DNA of 64,000 nt, from assembly GCA_951406725.2 (NCBI GenBank), contig OX597814.1, positions 682,001 through 746,000 on the forward strand, in the 5' to 3' direction. The notes beneath the pieces were generated by a model. That model was not told where the DNA came from and ran no database searches. It saw only the letters and a list, made by a program, of their open reading frames with translations. Within the stretch, counting starts at the first letter, position 1, and the number at the start of each line of letters is the position of its first letter. Shown here in pieces: positions 53,534-64,000 of the stretch. The position numbers and the translations under genes were made by a program. Source of the stretch: Octopus vulgaris (Eukaryota).

Positions 53534-55049
53534 TGCTAATATTTCCTATTAAAATTTGGAGTGGAAACCTTTTTGATGTGTTCTTCTTTTGCCCTTTGTA
53601 GAAAGGAATGTTTTGGGTTTCCCATTTGCCCAGATATCCAAACATCCATTGTCATTGGAATGGTCATTCTTCTTTAGTTTCTGTAACTACTAAAGTGGAA
53701 TCTTTTTGTGACCATTGTCTTGTGCTTGCTTCAGTCATTGGACTGTGGCCATGCTGGGGCACCGCCTTGAAGGATCTGGTTGAACAAATTGACCCCTGTA
53801 CTTTTTTTACAAGTCTGGTACTTATTTTATCGGACCCTTTTGGTGAAACACTCAGTCAAAAACACATAAACAATCAGTGCAGTGGTACAAACATAAATGC
53901 AAAGGCACACACACACACACACATATGTGCTTGTGTGTATGTGTGTATGTATGCCAGTGCCACCTCCACTGGCTTCCGTGCCGGTGGCACGTAAAACACA
54001 CCAATCTGACCGTACAACAGGCACCCATGCCAACCCCCTTTGCTTGCGAAGACATGTTGGGGCAAGCGAAATCGAAATCGAATTCAACCAGCCAGGATCC
54101 CTGGTCTGGTGGTACGTAAAAAGCACCATCCGTCTCGTGGCCGATGCCAGCACCGCCTCGTCTGGCTTCCGTGCCGGTGGCACATAAAATACACCAATCC
54201 GACCGTGGCCGTTGCCATATATATATATATATATATATATATGATGATGATGATGATGATATATATATATACATGTTTGTGCGTGTGTGTGTGTGTGTGT
54301 GAGTATATATATATATGTATGTATGTATGTATATATATATATATATGTGTATGAATATACATATATATATAAAGAGAAAAACAACTGGTTTTAAATCTCT
54401 GACCGAGAGGTATACAGTAACAGTAACTAATAGTATGTTGGCGAATAGACTTTACTAAGGCGGTGCTCCAGCATGGCTGCAGTCAAATGATTGAAACAAA
54501 TAAAAGAATATATACCCGACTGGCCTCCGTGCCGGTGCCACGTAAAAAGCACCATCCGATTGTGGGTGTCGCCAGCCTCATCTGGCACCTGTGCAGGTGG
54601 CACATAAAAAGCACCCACTACACTCACGGAGTGGTTGGCATTAGGAAGGGCATCCAGCCGTAGAAACATTGCCAGATAAGACTGGAGCCTGGTGCAGCCT
54701 TCTGGCTTCCCAGACCCCGGTTGAACCATCCAACCCATGCCAGCATGGAAAACGGACGTTAAACGATGATGATGATGATGATGATATATATATATGTATT
54801 TATATATGAAGGCAATGCTCCAGCAGGGTTACTGTCTAATGACTGAAACAAGTAAAAGAATATATATATATTTATATATATTATATTATATATATATATA
54901 CTCATATTGACTTTTATCAGATATTTTGTATATTTATAGATAAATATATAAATATATAATAAAAAAGACCCCAAGGTATAATATATAGATGCATATAACG
55001 CTGTAGGGTTGCACCTGATTGATTTGGAAATTTGTTTTCCCAAATTATT

Positions 55050-55125
<76 letters not shown>

Positions 55126-55722
55126 TAGATATAGATATATGTATACAAATGTATATATGCATAGACAGCATATTGCATATGTATATGTCCACAGGCGTGT
55201 ATATGTACCCACATATAAATATGTGCACGTGTGTGTGTGTGTGTATACATGCATGTACACACCTATACACGCCTTCACATATACGCATACACGTGTGTGT
55301 ATGTGTGCGTGTGGTGTTCCCCCCCTTCCCCGGAAGAATGAGAACAACCAATAAATATAAAAATCCTTCCACTCACACCTGACACAGTTGACTCATCACT
55401 GTTGATGTCTGCTGGTGATGATGATAAAAGCTTCCTCAACGCCAACCCCACTCCCCACCCCCCACCCCGGCATTCCTCTCTCACTATATACACGTGTACA
55501 TGTGTGTATATACATACATACATACATATATATATGTGTGTGTGTGTGTGTATGTGTGTATATGTGTATATATACATATATGTGTGTGTGAGTGTATATA
55601 TGTATGTATATGAGTGTGTATGTATATACTTATACACACATACAGACAGACACACACACACACACACATGCACACACAGATGCATACCACTTTCTCTTTC
55701 TCTTTCTCTCTTCCTTTGTATA

Positions 55723-55768
<46 letters not shown>

Positions 55769-56635
55769 TGTGTATGCATATGCTTATATACATACACACG
55801 CAAATGCACACGAACACACACACACATACACACACATACGCACACACATGGACACACTCATACACACACACACACACACATACTACTCTCTCGCTTCCCT
55901 TCTCCCTCTCTCTCTCTCTCTCTCCCTCTCTCTCTCTCTCCCTCTCTCCCTCTCTCCCTCTCTCTATCTCCTCTGCTCTGCAACCACCATTTTACATTCG
56001 CCATTTATACTTGCATTGTTCTATGTTTACACACAGCCAACTGGTTCTCACACCACTCTTTGGTGCATCTACTTGAAATACTCATACACATCTGTGCACA
56101 CACATGCACGCATATGCACATCTTCACATATGCATACAAACACATTTCTACATGTACACACACATGTGCAAGCATACATACCTTGATGTATGTATATGTA
56201 CACATGTATATATACACCATGTGTACACACACTCACACAAGTGCACATACACACATATGTACATACATGTACACACATACACTTTATGCACACATGCATC
56301 TGCACAAACAGCAAGCAGAATTACCATGTTAGGTCGTACTGGGTGGTGGGCATGTCCAGCAATCCCTGGCTCTTGTTATGACATGTGACAGATGCACATC
56401 CTTGCCATTGTGAATCGGTCTAAGGAGGACATTGTCAATCATATGGAAGGACTTGGATCACAGATGCTACCCCACAACCCAGTGAGTATGCAACTACAAT
56501 AGACTTTAGAGTTGCAGAAAAATTCTATACCGTTGACAGTGCTGCCTGACTGGCTTCCATGTCGGTGGCATGTAAAAAGCACCATCTGAATGTGGGCCAA
56601 TGCTAGTACTCTCTGACTGGCTCTCATGCTGGTGA

Positions 56636-58124
56636 CACGTAAAAAGCACCATTCAAGCACGATTGATGCCAGTACCACCTGATTGGCTCCTGTGCCAGTG
56701 GCACATAAAAAGCACCCACTACACTCTTGGAGTGGTTGGCATTAGGAAGGGCATCCAACTGTAGAAACCTTGCTAGATTAGATTTGAGCCTGGTGCAGAC
56801 TTCTGGCTTACCAGTCCCTAGTTGAATCATCCAACCCATGCCAGCATGGAAAGTGGACTTAAATGATGATGATGATGAATGTCAAAACATGGCCAAATCA
56901 TCTTGGTGGGTGATCTGTAATATCAGAATTGGTAAAGAGTGGACCCTGTGCAAATGGCACAATTGAAAGAAAGGATTTAGGACAGGTTGAATCAAATTGT
57001 GTTTTTCTCTCAACTAAAGACAAGGAGCACAATTTAATAATCCTTTCTACAGTAGGCACAGAGCCTGAGAAATGGACTAGTTAACAACATTGACCCAAAT
57101 AGGTGCAGGAGTGGCTGTGTGGTAGGTAGGTTGCTTATCAACTACAAGGTTCCGGCTTCAGTCCTACTGCGTGGCACCTTGGGCAAGTGCCTTCTACTAT
57201 AGCCTCGGGCTGACCACAGCCTTGTGAGTGGATTTGGTAGATGGAAACTGAAAGAAGCCTGTCGCATATATGTATATATGTATGTGTGTGTATATGTTTG
57301 TGTGTCTGTGTTTGTCCCCACCAAATCGCTTGACAACAGATGCTGGTGTGTTTACGTCCCCGTAACTTGGTGGTTCGGCAAAAGGGACCGATAGAATAAG
57401 TACTAGGCTTACAAAGAATAAGTCCTGGGGTCAATTTGCTTGACTAAAGGCGATGCTCCAACTTGGCTGCAGTCAAATGACTGAAACAAGTGAAAGAATA
57501 AAGAATAAAAAAAAGATTAACTGGTACTTATTTTATTGACCCCAAAAGGATGAAAAGTAAATTAGACTTCTGTGGAATTTGAACTCAGAATGAAATGCTG
57601 CTAAGATTTTGTCCAGTGCGCTAATGATTCTGCCAATTTATTTGGGTCAATGTTGTTAACTAGTGCCCTTCCCTCTAAAATCTCAGGCCCTGTGCCTACT
57701 GTAGAAAGGATTATTAAATTGTGCTCCTTGTCTTTAGTTAGGAGAAAAACACCATTTGATTCAACCTGTCCTAAATCCTTTCTTTCAATTGTGCCATTTG
57801 CACAGGTTCTACTCTTTACCAATTCTGATATTACAGATCACCCACCAAGATGATTTGGCCATGTTTTGACATTCATCATCATCATCATCATCATCATTTA
57901 ACATCCGTTTTCCATGCTGGTATGGGTTGCACAGTTTGACTGAAGTCTGGAGAGCCAGCTGTTGCACCAGGCTCCAATCTAATCTAGCAAGGTTTCTACA
58001 GCTGGATACCCTTCCTAATGCCAACCACTCCAAGAGTGTGGAGGGTGCTTTTTATGTGCCACCGGCACAGGAGCCAGTCAGGTGGCACTGGCATCAACCA
58101 CGCTTGAATGGTGCTTTTTATGTG
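56636..58124. repeat. Inverted duplication, arms about 56636-57101 and 57639-58124
   Basis: Unique core 56878-57040 is a near-perfect reverse complement of about 57712-57873; the spacer holds SINE A (57102-57505) and a SINE B remnant. Confidence 0.95.
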
Positions 58125-58129
58125 TGCAG

Positions 58130-58535
58130 TCAGGCAGTAAAAAAATTGTTTTCTTTAACTCTAAAGTCTACATCTATTGTACTTGCATACCCACTGATGA
58201 TTGTTGTGTATCTGTGAGAGACAGCAAACTTTAAGAATAGAGAAGCAGAATGTTCATTGTTTTTCCTTATACCTTTAAATGTGGCCTGCCAATGTCTACT
58301 GCTTGTCACACATTCTGATAGTTCTTCCCTTCCCAAAAAATGGTATATCCATTGCTGTACCTCACGAGCTGTTATTCATGAGCTAATTTTGACTTGCTAA
58401 ATGGCTACAAACCTGATATTAAAGTGCAACAGGTCCCCAGAGGCGAGTATTGTTAGTTGTTTTGGATAAGGGTTGTTCAACTCGTCAATTAGAACCCCAG
58501 CATTCCAAGATCCAAATTTCACTAAGTATTTTACA
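58130..58535 (-). mobile_element. RTE-clade LINE AP-endonuclease fragment, decayed
   Basis: VKFGSWNAGVL...NIRFVAI...TIISGYAST...KENNFF resembles APE motifs GSWNVR, ISAYAPT and KExFY. Confidence 0.7.
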
Positions 58536-58539
58536 CTAT

Positions 58540-58682
58540 TTACATTATTTACATTTAACGGATATTTGTCCTCATCTTGTTTGTTGTTAACACACCATTT
58601 CGGCTGATATACCCTCCAGCCTTCATCAGGTGTCTTGGGGAAATTTTGAACCTGGGTTCTCATTCCTACAGTATTTTTTGAT

Positions 58683-58714
<32 letters not shown>

Positions 58715-58938
58715 AAGAAGAAGAAGAAGAAGAAGAAGAAGAAGAAGAAGAAGAAGGAGGAGGAGAAGAAGGAGGAGGAAGAAGAAGAAAAAGAAGAAGA
58801 TCGAAAAATACCTTAGGAATGAAAACCCAGGTTCAAAATTTCCCCAAAACACCTGAAGAAGGCTGGAGGGTATATCAACCGAAATGTTGTGTTGATAACA
58901 AACAAGATGAGGACAAATATCCATCAAATGTAAATAAA
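58540..58938. mobile_element. Back-to-back inverted hammerhead-bearing tails separated by (GAA)n
   Basis: 58540-58684 is the reverse complement of about 58799-58938; motifs at 58589-58634 (-) and 58848-58893 (+). Confidence 0.85.
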
Positions 58939-59612
58939 ATACTATAATAATAAATTCATAGCATCCCCCAATTTACTGCTTTCCTCTCAATGCCTCCTTT
59001 TTCTCTACCGCCTCAACCCCGACCACCTCCTCAGGCACCAGCGCCTACCTGGATTGTCTCAACGCCCACAAAGGGGTGACGGTAGCACCCACTTTGAGAA
59101 CCTATGATCTTAATGAATGGTGAACAGAGTGGATCCTAGGAAAGACTGCCCAGACATAGCCGCAGCTACCCAAAAGACCCTGCACCCTTATCATTTCCCC
59201 TTAAAACACCCCTGTTTTGTTACCCACAATACCTCACCCCTGTTGTGTCTTGTTGCAGCCACCCTCCTTAGTGGGATGGGTTCAGGTATGGGGTGGATGG
59301 TCTCTGCAATGTTCTTCAGTTAAGTATCAGCTGACTGACATTGGATATTATCTCTATCAGCGCCGGAAATCATCTCATGAATAGATTAGAAATGTTGCCA
59401 AATGTTTAATACGGTTTTACCAACATTACATTCACTGGCCACCATCTTGTTTGGTTTTCAATCATTTTTACGTCAGAATCGTGAAATTTTATCTGATTGA
59501 GAGAAGTGGGGGGGATGGAGAAAAGAGAGAGTGTGTGTGTGTGATGAGAAGAAAGAAGAAGAATGTTGCATGAATGATAGATGAGAGAGTAAAGTATGAG
59601 TGGAAAAGAGCT

Positions 59613-59654
<42 letters not shown>

Positions 59655-59930
59655 TGGGCAGAGAATGAACTAAAGAGAGAGGGATATGAATGAAAGAGAA
59701 TGAGGGAGACAAAAAAAGAGGTATTCAGGAAGAGAAAAAAGGAGAGAGAGAGAGAGAGAAAAGAGAAATGCTAGAATTAGAGAGAAAATGTAGTGGGATT
59801 AAAAAGAGACAAAATGAGAGAGAGAGAGAGGGAGAGAGACAGAGAGTAGAAAGAGAGGGGTAGAAGAGAGATAAAAGAGAAGGGGGGGCATAGGATTTGA
59901 AAGTGAAATGAAAAAAGAGAAAGATTGAAA

Positions 59931-60205
59931 GTGAGATGAGGAGAGAGAAAGAATGAGAGGAATGAAAGAGAGAGAGTGAGATGAGGAGAGAGAAAGAATG
60001 AGAGGAATGAAAGAGAGAGAGTGAGATGAGGAGAGAGAAAGAATGAGAGGAATGAAAGAGAGAGAGTGAGATGAGGAGAGAGAAAGAATGAGAGGAATGA
60101 AAGAGAGAGAGTGAGATGAGGAGAGAGAAAGAATGAGAGGAATGAAAGAGAGAGAGTGAGATGAGGAGAGAGAAAGAATGAGAGGAATGAAAGAGAGAGA
60201 GAGAG
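59931..60205. repeat. 45-bp purine-rich tandem repeat, 6 units
   Basis: GTGAGATGAGGAGAGAGAAAGAATGAGAGGAATGAAAGAGAGAGA. Confidence 0.95.
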
Positions 60206-60400
60206 TGAAAGACAATCTTCCCATCACATCGCATAATATTACAAGAATTTGCTGATAACATAGGATGGAACTGTAGGTTACATGTTTCTCTCAAACATGT
60301 ATGTGTGTTTTGGGCATGTATATACATACATGCACAAACACACATATGTATTATGTATGCATGTATGTATATTTATGTGTGTGTTTGAGTGTGTATGTAA

Positions 60401-60453
<53 letters not shown>

Positions 60454-61119
60454 CGTATGTATGTATGTATGTATAATATATATTTAAATATATATGCTTT
60501 TATGAATATATATATGTATGCATGTATGTATTAATGCATGTACACACACATACACAGATATATGTATTACACACATAGGCATATATACATACATCGGCAT
60601 ATATATGTGTGTATATATGTATACACACATATATTATACAGACATGGATGTATACAACTATATCAACTTTTACAGGGAAAAAATTGATATTGAAGTTTCA
60701 GCTTGCTTGCCTTCATCAGACCGTGCTTCACTTGTGTTCTTTTGCACTTTATATAGTCTTTGTCAAATTGTACTCTTGGGATGTAGAGGTGGAGCTATAT
60801 GAATGATAATTAGGTCTCATGGAGGTGGATGAGGTAAGTAGCTATATAGAAAGAAAGGATAGAAGCATGCGTTTGTAGGGTCTGTGTTGTTAGAAAGTTA
60901 TGATGAAGAGATTTACTTTGGTTTGATGTAGGAATTTTTGTTATTGCTTAGGGTCTGCTCAGGAATGTAATTATGTAGAAATAAACAGCGCGAAATGCTG
61001 TCAGATAAAGACTAACAGCTGTAATTTCAAAAGAGGTGAGATGGAATTTGCCTGGAGATTATATTAAGGATAGAAGTGTTTATGAAATTATTATTATTAG
61101 TTTGGCCATTGTTATTGAT

Positions 61120-61560
61120 GATGACCAAAGACATCACATAGGAGAAGAAGATGGATCACAGTGTGTCTGGCTGTGGCCAATCAGACCAATGCATGCTTGG
61201 AAGGTTCTACAGCAGGTTGGGCACTGGTGGTCTGCAGGGGCTGAAAGCAAGGAATTAGCTCTGGACTGGCACAGTTTGTGGGGGTTTTTTTGTGTCCCTG
61301 TGATCCTGTTCTGTTTGAAGGAAGTTGGTGCACCTCAGTTGGTGCAGCTTCAACAGGCAGGGTGGTCTTGTGTTTGGATTTCCTAGGTGTTGGAGTTGAT
61401 CGTGAAGCTTTTCAGTGAGGCTTTGAGTGTGTCCTCTGAAAGCCCTTTTTCTGTCTGCATTGTAAGCATTCGCCTGTCTCCAGTTCGCTATAAAATAGTC
61501 TTTTGGGGAGTCATGTGTCAGGCATTCAAACAAGGTGGCCACCCTGCCTAACTTGCCCTC
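61120..61560 (-). mobile_element. RTE-BovB-like LINE 3' end
   Basis: DTLKASLKSF...HQCPTCCRTFQACIGLIGHSQTH, the C-terminal C2H2 finger typical of RTE/BovB. Confidence 0.75.
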
Positions 61561-61682
61561 TCCAGCTGATTTATATAGAATACTAAACCACTTCTAGTAT
61601 AATCCAGTGAGTAGGAAATTGTGATCATGAAGCAACTGGAATGGTAATCGTCAAAACATTCATAACATCAATTTACAATATA

Positions 61683-63020
61683 AGGCGGCAGGGAGCTGGC
61701 AGAGTGGTTAGCACACCGGGCGAAATGCTTAGCGGTATTTTGTCTGCTGTTAGTTAGTTAGTTAGTTAATTTGGCTCAAAAGCAAATAGCAAGGCCATGT
61801 AGGGGGACATGGAGTTAAGTACAGGGTGGTGTTCATGTAAAGAGTTCAGGCCACTTGAGGTCCAGGGAGGCTTTGAACAAAGCGGTCGTCGGCATCTTCA
61901 CCATCTCATCTGGCAGCTTGTTCCACGGATCCGCAACCCGGACGGAGAAAGCTCCTCTCCTTCGATTGAGATGAAATCATCGCAGGTAGAGCTTTTCGGA
62001 ATGACCCCGCAGCCGACGCTCCGGAGCAGGAGTGAAGAACAGCTCTTTCGAAAGGTTACACTTCCCGCTTATGATGTTGTGGGCGAGAATGAGATCACCA
62101 CGGCGGCGGCGTTTTCAAGAGAATAAAGGTCGAGCGTCCTCAGCCTTTCTTCGTAGGACAAATTTTTGAGACCATGAACCAGGCGGGTAGCCAGCCTCTG
62201 GACTCTTTCGAGGTGCTGTATGTCTTTGAGGAGATAAGGAGAAGAGGCTTGAATCCCATACTCCAATATGGGTCTCACCAGCGTGACATAGAGTGGCAGG
62301 AATATGGCTGCTGTGAGCATTCCGAATGACCGTCGAATCAAAAACAATTCCGCACGCTTTGTTGGCAGCATGGACGCACTGGGCCAAAGGCGAAAAGGAG
62401 GAATCCACCAAGATACCCAGGTCCTTTACCTGATCGGTCCTCTCCAGCAGCAGACGACCCGGCTCGAAATCAAGTTGAGTTGTAGGAGTAGAGCCGACAG
62501 GCAGATGTTACATTCTGAGTTCAAATTCCGCCAAGGTCTGCTTTGCCTTTCATTCTTTCGGAGTCGATTAAATAAGTACCAGTTACGCACTGGGGTCGAT
62601 ATAATCGACTTAATCTGTTTGTCTGTCCTTGTTTGTCCCCTCTGTGTTTAGCCCCTTGTGGGCAATAAAGAAATAGGTATTTCATCTGTCTTTACTTTCT
62701 GAGTTCAAATTCCGCCATGGTCGACTTTGCCTTTCATGCTTTTGGGGTCGATTAAATAAGTACCAGTTACGCACTGGGGTCGATATAATCGACTTAATTC
62801 GTATGTCTGTCCTTGTTTGTCCCCTCTGTGTTTAGCCCCTTGTGGGCAATAAAGAAATAGGTATTTCGTCTGCTGTTATGTTCTGAGTTCAAATTCCGCC
62901 ATGGTCGACTTTGCCTTTCATCCTTTCAGGGTCAATAAACTAAGTACCAGTCGCATACTGGAGTAAATCTAATCAACTGGCCCCTTCCCCAAAAATTTAA
63001 GGCCTGTGCCAAGAGTAGAA
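61683..63020 (+). mobile_element. SINE family B trimer interrupted by CR1
   Basis: Head 61683-61752; resumes at 62506; three core units. Confidence 0.88.
61753..62505 (-). mobile_element. CR1-clade LINE, 5'-truncated, same family as 2455-2824
   Basis: LYVTLVRPILEYG...LERVQRLATRLVHGLKNLSYEERL; (TAAC)n tail; TSD-like TGTTA at 61748-61752 and 62506-62510. Confidence 0.92.
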
Positions 63021-63224
63021 ACGAATTTACAAGAAGTCGAATTCAAAAGTGGGTTACTTGTTCAGTTTGTAATGAAATTTTTGTCATATTTTGACAGCTG
63101 TCAAACCCAAATGTTTTGTGTTAAATGCTACCAGCTAATTTCTCTATTACTGTTCATGACACCCGTTTCTGTGAAGACTTTTGCCCCATATTTCTGTGAA
63201 CTGCATGCCCCAGACATCTTAAAA

Positions 63225-63620
63225 ACTTGTGTCAGTCATTGGACTGAGGTCATGCTGGAGCGGCGCCTTGAAGGATTTTAAGTCAAATGAATTGAGCCAA
63301 GTACGTTTTTTTTAAAGCCTGATACATATTCTATCAATCACTTTTGCTAAACTGCTAGGTTACAAAAACATAAACAAACTAACACTGGTTGTCAAGAGAT
63401 GGTAGGGTCGCACACACACACACAAACACAGCCACATGCACACACATGCAAACATACGACAGGGTTCTATCAGTTTCCATCTGCCAAATCCACCCACAAG
63501 TTTTCGGTTGACCTGAGACCATAGTAGAGAAGACATTTGTCCAAGGGGTCACACAATGGGACCAAATCCAGGACGATGTGGTTGGGAAGCAAATGTCTTA
63601 CCACGCAGCCACATCTGCCC
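63225..63620 (-). mobile_element. SINE family A, strongly CpG-decayed
   Basis: Diverged reverse match to family A. Confidence 0.75.
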
Positions 63621-64000
63621 CTAAAATAAGAGAAGGTTCCGGCACAAATTCAAGGTCTTCAGCATGTGAAGCAGATGCAATAACCGCAACCATTGAAATG
63701 GTTTCGTAAACTTGTAAACAAAAGACAATCAGAAGCAGCCCAGCAGGTAGAATAATGGTGAAGGATGGAGAATATAGTAAAAGAAGAAATATTTTCCCAG
63801 ATGAGTTCCTCTGGGTCAGTGGTTCTCAAAATGCCAAATACCTGTCTTCCAGGTATCTTCACCTGCACAATGTAAAGGAAATATTTAGACTCCTTTATTA
63901 ATGAAAAAACAAGAAAGTTGGCTTCCATAAAATTCTTTCTTTCTCTTTTTTCTTTGTTGTTGATGGTATTGCAGATGTTAAACAGGTAGAAGTCTTTTAA

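Noticed and set aside
60701-60839. Plus-strand exon ending at a perfect GAG/GTAAGT donor
   Set aside because: Weak acceptor and stops in the frame checked; an isolated donor match is expected by chance in 64 kb
63659-63928. 89-aa minus-strand ORF in unique DNA
   Set aside because: No recognisable domain or coherent exon boundaries; cannot be supported without homology or RNA data

Overview
This is repeat-saturated metazoan DNA. The SINE repertoire and microsatellite load suggest a coleoid cephalopod, probably Octopus (inference). I found no intact protein-coding gene, rRNA, true tRNA or CRISPR array, and almost every entry in the ORF track is a microsatellite or SINE artefact. The window holds dozens of SINE copies from at least 5 families; decayed LINE fragments (CR1, CR1-Zenon, L2/Crack-like, RTE, R4/Dong, Hero-like); a decayed Penelope RT/GIY-YIG fragment; a mariner transposase pseudogene; three hAT-type MITEs with 8-bp TSDs; and a 2.7-kb 42-43-bp minisatellite. 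The most notable signal is a set of minimal type I hammerhead-ribozyme-like motifs. These include a tRNA-headed SINE-like element whose tail carries a hammerhead and which occurs as back-to-back inverted pairs, plus two related families with non-canonical cores. Other signals are a two-copy multi-stem hairpin element with pairing-preserving substitutions, two long inverted duplications, a CTCF-like motif in the minisatellite unit, and an apparent CpG-retention domain at about 4-32 kb. All alignments and folds were done by eye, and repeat boundaries are approximate.
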